This document shows, one piece after another, positions 10,755 to 23,200 of a DNA stretch of 64,000 bases. Within the stretch, counting starts at the first letter, position 1, and every line of letters starts with the position of its first letter. Both the position numbers and the translations under genes were made by a program. The DNA comes from an uncultured Planctomycetota bacterium (GTDB taxonomy: Bacteria > Planctomycetota > Planctomycetia > Isosphaerales > Isosphaeraceae), in the NCBI GenBank assembly GCA_963823665.1, contig CAWGMQ010000007.1:32001-96000 (forward strand). The letters run 5' to 3'. The notes beneath the pieces were generated by a model. That model saw only the letters and a program-made list of their open reading frames with translations, was not told where the DNA came from and did no database searches.

Positions 10755-10940
10755 GCTCGAGCCGAATGGGGACCGAGGCCGCGAAGCTGATCTACCGGCT
10801 GCGAGGCCAAACGGCGGAGTGGGTCAACGCCCAGGCCCGCAACCGGGGATTCTGGTTTATGCCCGTGCGCGGTCAAGCGCGTTGTCGCACCGTCGCATTG
10901 CTGTTTGCGACTACTCATAACCTGGTTGTCGGAGAGAGAC
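10755..10940 (+). pseudogene. IS1182-family transposase C-terminal remnant
   Basis: RMGTEAAKLIYRLRGQTAEWVNAQARNRGFWFMPVRGQARCRTVALLFATTHNL resembles the YxxRxxxxE...RG...HNL end of IS1182/IS5-type DDE enzymes; no N-terminus. Confidence 0.75.
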
Positions 10941-10971
10941 GGCCTCTCCGCGAAGGGATCCCCCCCATTCC

Positions 10972-13894
10972 TCACCGCCTCGCCGCCGGCTTCTCGATCA
11001 AGATGTCGCCCAGGTCCAGCGTTTCTCCGCTCTTCACTGTGAAGTCCCGGCGCAGCTTCGGTCCCTCGGCAGTGCCGGCCGTGGTCCGATCGGCGATGCG
11101 GTAAGACGCCCCGGGAATCAGGGCAGGCAATGTGATCCACCCCTCGGCATCTGTGGTTGGCGGTTTCGCATGGTTGATCGGATCAATTTGATTCAATGTC
11201 GCCTGGTCTGCAATAAGAGGATACTCCTTCTGAGCTCGCCCAACGCCAAGTGCGCCCGGCGTAACGACCATCAAGACCAGCCGCGTCGGGGTGAACCGAG
11301 CCAGCGGTTTTCCGCCCGGGTCAACGAGTCGCAGTCGAGCCGACCCGCACGGCTCAAGCCGGACGTTCACCTTCCCCGACGACGCCATCCTGCCAGAAAA
11401 AGACACCGTCGCGCCCAGCTTGCCTTTCGCATCGAGAAAGTACACAGGAACTTCGGCGTCTTGATCGAGACCATGGATCTCGAATCGCCCATTCCGCACG
11501 ACGGCGTGGTCTTCACCCTGCCAGGCTCGCCGTGGTGCTGCGCCGCTGTCCGTGGATGATGCGGCTGATGATCCAGGTCTCCTGTGGTGGCTGCCCGTCG
11601 GGCGCGATCAAGGTGCCGGTCACAGTTTCTCCTCGGCGCAATTCGACAGAAACGTCGATGTCCGACTGATCCCCCTTCGGCTCGCAGCGGACGAAGGCAT
11701 TCGAATAGAAAGGCAGTCCGCCCGGCTTGTCGTTGAAGAGAAGCTGATCCCCGATCGACACCAGCACGTAATCGTCGCCAGGTCCTCTGACGGCAAGATA
11801 GCCTGCTCGCGGCTCGGCCACGAGTTGATACGAACCATCCGCAGCCGTTTCAGCCTGGGTGCTCAAATTCGAGGAAACTGAACCTTGGACGGAGACGGAA
11901 TCGGAGCTCAAGAGCGCTCCCGCGAGCGGCTTGCCGGAGCCTCGCTCGGTCACCTTTCCATGGATCAACATGCCTCGTGACAAGACCAGGTCAACCGGAT
12001 GCTCGACTGCACCTCTCGGCCAGTCGAACGTCTTGATCACGCCCATGTAAGGCTGGCCTGCCGGAGGAGCTGCCATGACCCGAAACCGGTCTCCAGGCGA
12101 CGGATTTGCGCGAAACCGTCCCTCGTCATCAGCCTGGAAAGTTCTGCGAACTCCAAGTTGGCCCGCAAGTTCGGCCCCGACCGAGATCCAGGCATGAGGA
12201 ACAGGCTTGCCCGTGTCGGCATACGTGACGCGGCCGTTGATGATCGTGGCCGGTTGAAGGGCCAACGTGAATTGCTTCGCGTGCCCAAGATCGTCAGTCT
12301 CGATCGAGATATCCTGCTGGGCATACCGCGGATCAACAACGGTCAATGAGACCCGAAGGCCATGGCCAATGCCATGGACTGTAAACCGGCCGTCCACGTC
12401 AGTGCTCTTCGGCTTGGGCCAGCCGGGTAAGTCGCTTGCATCGGTCCTCCGGAAAGCGGGTCCCTCGAAACGTTCGCGAGAAGCGACTGGGTTCCGCTCC
12501 AGTATCTTTTGGATGGCATGGACCGCCACCGTCACGCCCTGCGCGGGTCGGCCTTGCAGGTCGAACAGACGCACCTCGATTGCCTGTTCGCGCCGAAGCG
12601 AAATATCCGCTGAGGGCTGTTCGGCGTCGACATCGAGCGCAACCCAGCCGGCACCGAATCCCGGCGCAAATGCGATCGCGCCAAAACCATCATTTCGGGA
12701 TGACGACGTGCGTGCCGCATCCAGGCGAAACTTGCCCGATCCATCGCTTTGGGCATGTCCGATCGAAACCGGGTCGAGCGCGCGCATGTCGTAGGCATGT
12801 CCAGGCAACGGTACTCGCGCGTAGGCCATCACCGTCGCGCCGGCCACCGGTTTGCCTTCCGGGTCGAGCACCCGGCCGACGATGAACATCCGGCCGCGGG
12901 CTGGCGGCTGTTGCGTGTTCTCCGGCTCCGCTGCGAGTCGCTGCTCAGGCTTGGCTGTGGCGCTCTTCGGCTCTTGCTGCAGCGCCGGGGAGTGCATCGC
13001 GTAAGCCGCGCCTGCGGCGCCCAGGAACGCCAGGGCCACCACGAGCAGGATCACCCTGCGGGTAAACATGGAACTCAGGATTTCGCGAGAGAGCGCTGCC
13101 ACGGACGCCGAAACCAACTGGCCGCCGGCCTGACCGGCCGCGAACTCGACGCTTGCTCTGGCTGTCGTCTCGCACAGCGCCGATGAGACGTGGGCCGAGG
13201 CACTGCGCGACGTGATGGCGACGGTCACAGCCGTCGTCGACAGTGCAAATCCACGCCGCGTAAGCGCACGGCGGAGCTTATCGCGCGCACGCGCCAGCCG
13301 GCTGCGTGCGGTACCCCGCGGCCAGCCGAGCGTTTGCGCCGCCTCGTCGAGCGTCAGCCCTTCGAAGTAACAGAGCACCACGGGCAGCCGAAACGCTTTG
13401 GGCAGCCTGCTAATCTCTTCATGTATGGCCCCGAGCTCGTCGCTGCTCATCGTTAATTCGTGAGTCGGTAACATCGTCGGCTCCACAGAAGCGTTCGAGC
13501 CGATACCCGAATGCCCCACGACGGCGTTGCCTTCCTTATTGCGCTGGCGCATCAGCCGCGATCTCGTTCTCAGAGCCGTGCGGACGGCCACACCAAAGAG
13601 CCAGTTGCCCAGGAGACCGGGATCACGGATGGACTTTGCCTTGCACGCAAGCACAAGAAACACCGCCTGGAATGCGTCCTCGCCATGGTGGACGTCGCGC
13701 ACGAGATCCCGGCACACACGCATCACCATCGGCCCGTGTCGGGCAACAAGTGCACCGAAGGCCGCCTCGGCAGCAGAATCGCGGTTTGCCGCGAACCGCT
13801 CCAGAAGCTGGCGGTCGGATAGCCCGGCAGCCGAGCCGCCGTCGAAGAGCACTTCGATCTGCCGGACGACGGATTTTGTCGAAGCATGTCCCAC
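10972..13894 (-). CDS. ECF sigma factor with TM helix and carboxypeptidase-regulatory-like repeat domains (frameshift near 11520)
   Basis: ARHGPMVMRVC...EDAFQAVFLVLA; LPKAFRLPVVLCYFEGLTLDEAAQTLGWPRGTARSRLARAR; TM; repeated GRVLDPEGKPVAGA / TDxxGRF units; tail in ORF 10972..11499. Start taken as GTG 13894. Confidence 0.9.
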
Positions 13895-14136
13895 GCGATT
13901 TCGCTCCCGCGCTAGCCGGAGGAACAATTTGGCGGTAGCGCGCCGATCTCTGCGGCCCGCTTTCTATTACTGTCAACCCGCCGGTTATGTTATCCCAAGT
14001 CGTGCCAGAAGGCTCGCGGAATCGGCGCACGCACGGATTCCACGCCAAGTTGCGACGATCAGAACCGCGCACGCGCTCCGACATTGCACTCATGTCACAT
14101 CCTCGAATATTCTCTCTGTATTCGGAGACCATCGCC

Positions 14137-14630
14137 GTGGACATCACCTGCCCGCTCTGCAGCCACCACTGCCGGACTGACCGCGTTCTCGGCAAGGGTG
14201 CGCTCGTCCGCTGCCCCGCCTGCCGGCGTGAGTTTGCGTTCGCCGGCAGGCAGCCGGCCTTCGTCGTCGCCCCCGGTGCAGCGTCGCCACCGGCGTTCTA
14301 CGAGGCTGGGACCAAGCCCTGCCCGTTCTGCCACGAGTCGATCAAGGCCGAGGCCAAGAAATGCCGTTACTGCGGCGAAACGCTCGACCCCGTCCTGCGC
14401 ACAGTGAAGAAGCCACCCGCACCGAAGTCCAGCCGCTCGCCCCGGAGTTCAACCCGGGAATCGCGATGGTCCTCAGCTTCCTGTGGCCCGGCCTCGGCCA
14501 GATTTACCGCGGCAGGCTCCTTCGCGGCCTCCTCTGGATGGTCGCAGTCGCAATCGGTTACGTCTGTTTCATCATCCCGGGCATGGTCTTGCATCTTCTC
14601 TGCATCATTCTCGCCGGCAAGCGCGATTGA
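14137..14630 (+). CDS. Zinc-ribbon membrane protein (frameshift near 14425)
   Basis: CPLC..CPAC and CPFC..CRYC knuckles, then NPGIAMVLSFLWPGLGQIYRG (TM2-like) in the next frame. Confidence 0.75.
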
Positions 14631-14783
14631 CCAAATACTGGCCGTCGCCAAACGAATCCTCCCTCTGAAGGACCGCCACGCGCACCCCGATTCCACGCGC
14701 ACCGTCGCGATTCCGGACCAATTCCGTTGACGTCGCTCGCGCTCCTGCATATCAATTCCTATCGGCCTGAAAAAAAACCAAGG

Positions 14784-17618
14784 ATGTCCCGTAGGCTTGA
14801 AGGCAGATTGATGATTCAGGAACCCGTCCCCGGTGAGGTGAAGGAGCTGCTGGAACGCCAGCAGCTCAATGGCATTCCGGTGCTTCTCTCGACGACCAGC
14901 GACCTTTCGTTGAAGGGCGATTTGCGCGGGCACTGGATCGTCGTCACTCGCGACCACCTTGCCGTCGTCGCCGATGGCGCCCAGCCGCGCCTGGTCAATC
15001 ATCTGCCGATCTCCCGCGTCGAGAAGTTCCGAACCCAAGGCGCGGTCGGTTCCGGGTTCCTCCAGGCCTACGTCGAGGAAGCCTGGGTCGACGTCGCACG
15101 CTACTCGAACACGCTCGCTCCTCGCTTTCACCTTCTCGCCGACAAGCTCGAAGACCTGCGAACCGGCGGCGAGGTGATCGTTCATCCCGAGGAACAACGC
15201 GACAAGAACCACTGCCCGAAATGCGGCATGCGACTGGCCACCGCCGGCGAGTCGTGCCCGCGCTGCCTGCCGCGAAAGGCGATCGTCACGCGGCTCTGGC
15301 AGCTCTTGAAGCCCCAGTGGCCAACCGCGGCGGCCATGTGCGGGCTGATGCTCGTCGGCGTCGCCATGGAGCTCGCGCCTCCCAAGCTCCAGCAATACCT
15401 GGTCGACGAGATCCTCGCCCGCGGCGAAGCCACGCCAAACGCACAGACCCTGCTGGCCTCCCTCTCGCTCGTCGTGCTGGCGCTCGCCACCACACGAGTT
15501 CTCCTGGGAGTTGTGAACTGGGTGAAGGGCGTCATGGCTAACAAGGTCGGGGTCGAGCTCACATCCGAGCTGCGCCTCCAGCTCGTGCGCAAACTGCACG
15601 CTCTGGGCGTCGGTTACTACGACCGCCACCAGGTCGGCTCGCTCGTGAGCAGAGTCGCCTATGACAGCGAAGTTCTCCACACCCTGCTGCAGCAGATCAC
15701 GGGCGGGTTCCTCCTCCAGCTCGTGCAGGTCGTCGCCGTCGGCATCATGCTCTTCACACTCAATCCCAAGCTGGCGCTTTACGTCCTGATTCCAACACCC
15801 TTGGTCGTCGGCGGAAGTATCTTTTTCTGGAAACGCGTGTATCCCAACTATTACCGCTACTGGGATTCCAGCAGCAAGCAGGCCGGCACGTTGTCGGGCA
15901 TGCTGCTGGGAATCCGCGTCGTGAAGGCGTTTGCCCAGGAACCACGCGAGTTCGACCGCTTCAGGCGCTCGAGCGACTACCTGAGGCGATCCCGCCAGAC
16001 CGTCGAAAAGGCGAACGCGTCGTTCACCTCGATCATGGCGCTGATTTTCAGCCTGGGTGGCTTGATCGTCTGGTACGCCGGCGGACGCGAGGTGCTCGGC
16101 GGCAGGATGACGCTCGGCTCGCTCATGGCGTTTCTCGCCTACCTCACCCTGTTCTACGCTCCCCTGACCACGCTCTCGACGTTGACAACCTGGCTCACCA
16201 GCTTCATGACAGGTTGTTCCCGGGTTTTCGAGCTGCTGGACACGCCAACCGAGACCAACGACCCCGTACAGCCCGTCCCGATGCCCGGGGCCAGGGGAGA
16301 GATCCGCTTCGACGACGTGACCTTCGGCTACGAACGTCATCGGCCAGTCTTGAACGACGTGAGCTTCACGATCCGTCCCGGCGAGAGGATCGGCATCGTC
16401 GGCCGCAGCGGCAGCGGCAAGACCACGCTCGTCAATTTGATCAGCCGCTTCTACGACGTCAATTCCGGCCGCGTGCTGCTGGACGGCGTCGACGTACGCG
16501 AGATGTCCGCAAGCGACCTCCGCCGCCACGTCGGCGTGGTGCTTCAGGAGCCGTTCCTGTTCCGCGGTACGATCTGCGACAACCTCATCTACGGCCGGCC
16601 CGAATCGAACGCCGTTGATGCGATCGCGACCGCCCGCGCAGCACAGGCGCACGATTTCATCGTGCACAAGCCACTGGGCTACGACACCTGGCTCGGCGAG
16701 CGCGGGGCAGGGCTCTCCGGCGGCGAAAAACAGCGAGTCTCGATCGCGCGTGCCCTCTTGTATGATCCCCGTGTGTTGATTCTGGACGAAGCCACCAGCA
16801 GCATCGACACCGAGTCGGAGAAGGCGATCCAGCAGGCGCTTCGCGTGTTGACGCGCGGCCGTACAACGCTGGCAATCGCCCATCGATTGAGCACGCTCTG
16901 CGACTCGGATCGCATCCTGGTTTTCGACGACGGCCGCTTGATCGAGCAGGGCAGCCATGGCGAGCTGCTCGCGCTCGACGGCAGGTACGCCGCGCTCGTC
17001 AAAGCACAAACCCAGATCGCGCGAAACTCGCAATTCGAGGCCGCGCTCAAGACCCTGGGCGACACTCTGCCCGATGAGTCCGAAAAGCCGGACGATCTGG
17101 ACGACGCTGATTTCGCTCCGCAATGGATCGAGCCCAACGAGGTCGACTTTCGCGCAGGCCCGTTTGACTCGCTCGAAATGGTTCATCCCGATGGCCGCGT
17201 GATCCGGAGTGTGTTCGCAATCCAGTGCCTGCCCGCCACCAGCCCGGACGACTTCATCAGCGTGCGCACCTGGGACAAAGACGGACAGGAGAGTGAGCTG
17301 GGCATACTGCGGAATCTCAATTCCTGGTCTCCCCGCAACCAGAAGCTCGTGCGCGAGGCACTCGCTCGCCGGTACTTCCTGCGCCGGATCACGGGTATTG
17401 ATTCCATCAACCTCGATTGTGGATACCTGGTCTTCCACGTGCGCACCGATCATGGCCCGGCAGAGTTCACGATGCGCTGGACTCAGAGCCAGGTGCAAGA
17501 CTTCGGCCCACGCGGCAAGGTCCTTCTCGACGTGGAAGACAACCGTTTCCTCGTGAGCGACGTCGAAGAATTGCCACACCGCGAGCGCGACGTATTCCAG
17601 CGCTACGTCTATTGGTGA
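14784..17618 (+). CDS. ABC exporter (permease + ATPase) with N-terminal extension and C-terminal DUF1854-like domain
   Basis: TM domain; GRSGSGKTT, LSGGEKQR, LILDEATS, IAHRLST; CPKC..CPRC knuckle; C-terminal VFAIQCLPATSPDDFISV...FHVRTDHGPAEF...LLDVEDNRF. Confidence 0.9.
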   Translation: MSRRLEGRLMIQEPVPGEVKELLERQQLNGIPVLLSTTSDLSLKGDLRGHWIVVTRDHLAVVADGAQPRLVNHLPISRVEKFRTQGAVGSGFLQAYVEEAWVDVARYSNTLAPRFHLLADKLEDLRTGGEVIVHPEEQRDKNHCPKCGMRLATAGESCPRCLPRKAIVTRLWQLLKPQWPTAAAMCGLMLVGVAMELAPPKLQQYLVDEILARGEATPNAQTLLASLSLVVLALATTRVLLGVVNWVKGVMANKVGVELTSELRLQLVRKLHALGVGYYDRHQVGSLVSRVAYDSEVLHTLLQQITGGFLLQLVQVVAVGIMLFTLNPKLALYVLIPTPLVVGGSIFFWKRVYPNYYRYWDSSSKQAGTLSGMLLGIRVVKAFAQEPREFDRFRRSSDYLRRSRQTVEKANASFTSIMALIFSLGGLIVWYAGGREVLGGRMTLGSLMAFLAYLTLFYAPLTTLSTLTTWLTSFMTGCSRVFELLDTPTETNDPVQPVPMPGARGEIRFDDVTFGYERHRPVLNDVSFTIRPGERIGIVGRSGSGKTTLVNLISRFYDVNSGRVLLDGVDVREMSASDLRRHVGVVLQEPFLFRGTICDNLIYGRPESNAVDAIATARAAQAHDFIVHKPLGYDTWLGERGAGLSGGEKQRVSIARALLYDPRVLILDEATSSIDTESEKAIQQALRVLTRGRTTLAIAHRLSTLCDSDRILVFDDGRLIEQGSHGELLALDGRYAALVKAQTQIARNSQFEAALKTLGDTLPDESEKPDDLDDADFAPQWIEPNEVDFRAGPFDSLEMVHPDGRVIRSVFAIQCLPATSPDDFISVRTWDKDGQESELGILRNLNSWSPRNQKLVREALARRYFLRRITGIDSINLDCGYLVFHVRTDHGPAEFTMRWTQSQVQDFGPRGKVLLDVEDNRFLVSDVEELPHRERDVFQRYVYW

Positions 17619-17989
17619 ACGCCGTGGCCCCGCGAGACGGACGGCGAATGCCAGACCCGTATGCAACACGAATGCTTCCCCCCCGAGAGTGTCGTCATGC
17701 CGTCAGCGCCTTACTCGGATTCGACTTACGTTTGACGGCCCCTTTTTGGGCCGTCGCACGCAAATCGACACATCTCTTTTCGTTCGCGACGCTTACGCCC
17801 GATGGCGTTCTTGCCGAACCCCCGATTTTCCCCCTGTTCGCTCGTATTTCGTCAAATCCCAACCCTCCCGTCCGCCCTTGGTGGCCTTTCACTCCGCGAA
17901 AGTGCGTCCGGCATTCCAACCGCCGTTGTCGGGGAGGTCCCGCCGCGCGCGGCGGATGCTATGTCCAGTTGTCCACCCCGACCGACCAC

Positions 17990-18050
17990 TTCGTTTTGTA
18001 AATTCGTCGCGCGTCCTTACCCCACAAGGATTACGGGAACGAGCTCGCTC
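17990..18050 (+). repeat. Dispersed core repeat, copy C
   Basis: TTCGTTTTGTAAATTCGTCGCGCGTCCTT-ACCCCAC-AAGGATTACGGGAACGAGCTCGCTC. Confidence 0.85.
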
Positions 18051-18772
18051 GGTCGAGATCGCGGGACATAGGCCGAGCTCGACGCAGAAACCTCGCCCGC
18101 GAGCACGTCGCTTTGATCCAGAATCACCACGGTGCGCTCCACTGCGCACATCCGGGTCGGCCGCCCTCCGCAAGCGCACATGTGTAAGCGGTTTCGGTCG
18201 ATCCATCAGCTTCTTGCCCCTGGATCAGAATGATCACAAATGATACCAAAAACCTGAGAATTCTCGCCTTCCTCCCAGGTCTGAGTCCTTGAAGCGAGAC
18301 CCGCGCTCGACTGACGACACGGCAAAGCCGCCAAGGCGACGAAGTCGTCCTGTGCAATGCCCACGTCTGCCAGCGTTTCGGTTTTGGTTCTCAGGCTCGT
18401 ACCCATGGCCCCCTACAGCGTGGGGGACGTGCCAGCGCAGCCGGCGGTGGGGGGCGTTGCAGGCGAACGATAGCAAAGCCCTGACAGCGAGGCCTTACCG
18501 GCCACCCGCACCGATCACGGACCTTCCCCTACTAATAGCATGTGCGGGTTTTCGAAACTGGCCATTTCTCAATCGCACTTTCGATTTGCGTGAAAAGCGC
18601 AAGTTCAATAGAGATCGGTAATTAACTGCAGAAAAATCTCATTCTGATGAGCCGGTTCAATACGCTTTGAAAAGTGCCATCGGTTAGAGCATGACGACCG
18701 GCGGGTTGCACCCAACCTCAGTGCGTCGGTCATGGGAATCTTCTACATCCTGCCGATTCCGCTCGCCATGAT

Positions 18773-19393
18773 TCAAGGAATCTCCAGCTTCAGCTTAGGC
18801 GTACTGCTCTTGTCATTCTCACTCTTGCCCATGAAGGTGGCTGCAACGTTCGAATCACCGGGAACAATCACCACGCAGAGCCGCCCTTCCTTCGCGATGC
18901 GCTCGCGGCTGGTGTCATCCAGTTTCAACCGGAATTCTTGGATCTCACCGTTCTTCACCTTCTTGAACTTACCCGAGCCCAGGTCGAGCAGCTTCTTGAT
19001 CTGATTGCCGATACCATTGTCGGAGCTCGGATCAAACTTTAACTCGCTCGACGGGTCCAGCTCTGGCGCGAGCATGATCTTGACGTCCCCATCCTTCGCG
19101 AACGACGGAACGCTCTGCACGAGCGCGAGCGTGACGCTCTTGATCTTCGAGCCCTCGAGCTTTTTCGGCATGTCGAAGACCAGGACGCCAAAGCTCGCAA
19201 ACTTGCCGTTGTCTTTGCCCTCGATGTTGAAATACTTGGTGCCGGCGTCTCCCTCGCGCGGCCCATTCGGCTGGATCGTCAGGCATTTGGAAGCGTCCAC
19301 GGCCTCGCCGGCTTCGGCTTTACCAGCAACATTCTGGGCCTGCACCGCAGTCGCGAACGCGATGGCGATGAATAAACTCGTGAGTGGTTTCAT
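18773..19393 (-). CDS. Secreted hypothetical protein
   Basis: MKPLTSLFIAIAFATAVQA signal peptide; beta-rich domain TIQPNGPREG..YFNIEG..FASFGVLVFD. Confidence 0.75.
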   Translation of the reverse strand: MKPLTSLFIAIAFATAVQAQNVAGKAEAGEAVDASKCLTIQPNGPREGDAGTKYFNIEGKDNGKFASFGVLVFDMPKKLEGSKIKSVTLALVQSVPSFAKDGDVKIMLAPELDPSSELKFDPSSDNGIGNQIKKLLDLGSGKFKKVKNGEIQEFRLKLDDTSRERIAKEGRLCVVIVPGDSNVAATFMGKSENDKSSTPKLKLEIP

Positions 19394-19685
19394 ATTCGTC
19401 CGCATGTTCCAAAAGTGTGTCTTTCGAACCGACGTTCCCGCACGACCGCTGAGACCGAGCGATCGACTCACGTCAGCGGTCGACTGCCCCAAATTCCAGC
19501 AGGAAGAATTGGCCCGGTCAAGTCGCCACTCTCTTTGACCGGGATCGAGCCTCAGCGATCGATTTCCGTGGGTCCTTGAAATTCGCCACGTGTCCTCGCG
19601 CTCCGGAGCAGCGAGCGCACCTCGCCATCGTTCACGATCGTGCGCGACTTCGCGGTTCGTCGTTACCAGATCTCGCAGCAGACCC

Positions 19686-20108
19686 TCACGACCGCCTGAT
19701 GGTATCCGGCTGCCCGGCGGGGCCGAGCAAAGGCGGCGCACCCGGCTGTTGGCGCGGCAATGTCGTGGCCCGGCGGCGGATGTCCAGCTCGATCGAACCA
19801 AACGTCTGTTCGTGGCGCTGGATCGTCGTGCCGATTGCAGCCAGAAGCCGCTTGGTCGTGTAGAAGTTCATCACGATCCGGTGGTTCGCCTTGACGTGCT
19901 GACCGTCCGTCGCGAAGGGCTGCATGTTCAGACCGAAATCGAGGATCACTTCCTCGGGCGTGGCCGTCACGCGGCAGAAGTTCGAATAGGTCGATTGAGC
20001 CCCCGCGTCGTCCACCACGACCTCGTTCGCTGGCGCGACCTGGGGATTCTGACTCTGTTGAAGCTCAAGCTGCCCGGGCTTTTTGCTCGACTCTTCTTGC
20101 TTGCTCAT
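19686..20108 (-). CDS. DUF3467 domain protein
   Basis: STYSNFCRVTATPEEVILDFGLN...RIVMNFYTTKRLL...HEQTFGSIELD. Confidence 0.85.
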   Translation of the reverse strand: MSKQEESSKKPGQLELQQSQNPQVAPANEVVVDDAGAQSTYSNFCRVTATPEEVILDFGLNMQPFATDGQHVKANHRIVMNFYTTKRLLAAIGTTIQRHEQTFGSIELDIRRRATTLPRQQPGAPPLLGPAGQPDTIRRS

Positions 20109-20248
20109 TTCGGTCTCCCACCGCGACGACGAAGGATCATTGAACGTGTGCGATTTCTACAGATTGTATCAGAATTTATTCCAAACAACAAGCTTTGAAA
20201 TTAAGTAAGAGTTTATGGCGCCAACATACCCCCCGACCCCGCAACCTG

Positions 20249-23200
20249 TTATTTGCCGGAGGGCCGTTCGGGAGCGGCCATAGCCGTGATCAGGGCTTTG
20301 ACGTCCTCCCTCGAGAGGAGCAACTGGGAGTCGGGGTGGGACTCGATCATAGGTCGGTCTCGGAAGCCCCGCGCGACGGCGAGTTTCAGGTTGGCGGCGG
20401 CCTGATCGAGGTCAAGCCCGCGGACCGACAGGGCCGGCGGTGGAACGGGCGTCTTTCCGTAGCCGATCAAGGCAGCCCCCGTCGTCTGCTTGAGAGCCAG
20501 CGCGGCCAGAAGAGCGGCGGGCCGATCTTGCCACAACGCCACGCGCTGAGAATCAACCCTGTCCGCCTCCGCCGAGTTCTTCAAAACGCGCAGAACGCGA
20601 GCGAGCTCCCAGTGGGCAACGCTTTGCCACTCGCGACGAAGAGCTTCTGTAGTCGACGACTCCGCGCCCTCCGACAGAGTCGTCACCGCCCGCTCGAGCA
20701 ACTGGCACGCTTTTTCAGGCTCTCCCTGGTCAGCCAGCGCGCTCGCCTCTTGGACCAGTGCCGCTCCCAGCCGAGCCTCGCGCACTCCATCGCCCGGCGT
20801 GCCAGACTCGGTCCGCTCCAGCACGCCCACCGCCTCCGCAGAACAACTCCCGCGCGCGGCTGCGTCGCCGGCATGGCGCTCGATGTTCCCCAGCGTGGAG
20901 AGTCCCTCCGCCAGATCGAGAAGATAGGCACGCCTCTCCGGATGGGCGGCAAGAAGCTGCCGGCGCATCTCAATCGCTTGCCGGTAGTACGGCAACCCAC
21001 GGTCGACCTGGCCCAGGTCGATGTATTGCTCTCCCAGATTGTCGAGGTGGTTGATCCGCAAAGCCTTGTACTCGCTGTCATCCGGAGAAAGTGCGATCGC
21101 GCGCTCTTGCTCCTTGACGGCTCGCTCGAATGCGGGAAGCGCCTGGAGGTTCTGGCGCTGCTCGTCATGAAGCCAGCCCAGAGCGTTCAGGCTCCGTCCC
21201 AGCGATCGATGAAGCCTTGCCTCGTCCGGATGCGACTGGACGACTTTCTCGAGGATGTCGATGGCCGCCCGCAAGGATGCAAAAGCCTCGGCGTCACGAT
21301 GCGCCCGGTGCTGGATGTCGGCCATCACTTCGTACGTTTCCCCTATGTGCTCCTGGAAGTTGGTCACCGATGGGTGCGCGGCTGCGAGCCGGGCCCGGTA
21401 CACAAGCGATTTTTCCAGCGACTCGAGAGCCTTGTCATAACGAAGGTTTTGTATGTGGGCCGTGCAGATGTTGTAATGTGTAAGGGCCAGCATATTGAGC
21501 AGCTTTACCGGCTTGGGCCCGGAAGACGCTTGGTCGAGGAGCGACTGGCATATCCCTTGTGCTTCTTCGAAACAGCGGATGGCATCGACATACGCACGGC
21601 GCTGTGTATACACGTACCCCAGGACGTTGATGAATTCGGCCAGTTTCTGCCGATAGCTGTTCTCGCCCGGATGGCGGTCGCACAACTCCTGCTGGATCGC
21701 CCGTGCCTTCTGCAGGATTTCCAGTCCTTGATCGCCAGACTCGAGCTTCCCCTGTATCGCCCCGATTTCCGAATAACAATCCGCCAGACGTGCCCGGTCG
21801 TTCGCAGGGTCGAGATGCCGCGCCGCGAGCGGCTCCAGGATGGTCCGAGCCTCCTGAAGTGACGCCATCGCCCCCTTGAGGTCCCCCAGCGCCGATCTCT
21901 GCTGGCCGATCGCGAGCCCGCAAGCGGCGACTCGTGCCGCAAACTCGTGATTTTTGGGGTCACCCGCGGCGAGCGATTCCCAGATGACCCGCGCCTTGCG
22001 AAATGCTTCGATCGCCTCCGTTCGAGAGTCGATCTCCAGCGTGATCTCCCCCACACGGAAATAGGCGTTTGCCAGTTGCCGGCGCAGGTTGGGATCGTCG
22101 TTTCGCTGACTGACGAAGCGCTGGTAGTACGTGAGCGCGGATTTCAGCAGATCCTGTCGCAGGCTCCGGATATCAACCGAGTTTTGATACTTGAGCAGCG
22201 TGTTCTGGCTGACGCTGGTCAGGTAGTCTTCCACGGCCGTCTGGGCCATGTCGAAGTTGCTCTGGGCTTCCTTGCGTGCGACTTCCTCCCGGCGCCTGCC
22301 CCCTTCGATGAGCGTGGCGGCCACGGTGGCGGCCAGGGAAATGCTGATCAAGCCGGCGGCCGCCGCAAACGTCCAGGTGCGGTGCCGGCGGAGCCACCGC
22401 CCGAGTCGCTCGATCGGCCGCTCGGGGTAAGCAGCAACGGCGGCATCGCCCAGCCACAGCTCGATGTCCTCGGCCAGAGCCCGGGCGGTTTCGTAGCGAT
22501 CCTCCGGCTGGAGGGCCATCGCCTTCAGGCAGATGGCTTCGAGTGCCTTGTCGATCGAGGCTTCGAGCTGCCGCGGCGGCGAGAACTCGCCCTTCTGCAC
22601 CGCGGCGAGCACGGCGGCGACCTTGTCTCCCTGGAACGGCGGCTTGCCGGTCAGCACGCTGTAGAGCGTGGCGCCCAGGCTATAGACGTCGCTTCGGGGC
22701 CCCAGCCGCTCCAGGTCGCCCTGGGCCTGTTCAGGGCTCATGTAGGCCGGCGTACCCATCGCCGAGCCCGGTAACGTCTGCGTCGACCCGCCCGCTCCCG
22801 AAAGCATCAGCGGCCGTTCGCCCGATCGCACGCCGCGGCTCATCCTGGCCCAGCGGCTTGGCTAGCCCCCAGTCGACCACCAGCGTCTCGCCGTACTCGC
22901 CGATGATGATGTTGCTTGGCTTGATGTCGCGGTGCAGGATGCCGCGGTTGTGCGCGTAGTCGATCGCGTTGCAAACGTCGATGAACCGGTGCAGCAGCTT
23001 GCGCAGCTCAAGCGACCGCCGGCCGGAATCGGCTTTCAACTGCCCATCGGCATGGAACCGGTCGATCGTGTCCTTGAGCGAGTCGCCACGGATGAATCGC
23101 ATGGCGTAATACGGACGGCCGCCGGCGTCCGAGCCCAGAGCATAGACCGGTACGATACCCGGGTGCTCGAGTCCGCCGGTGACCTCGGCCTCGAGCAAGA

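Noticed and set aside
14367..17669. 1100-aa minus-strand ORF (also 20195..21862, 42840..44123, 49908..51302 and similar)
   Set aside because: Antisense shadows of clear genes on the other strand; expected at high GC; no recognisable motifs.
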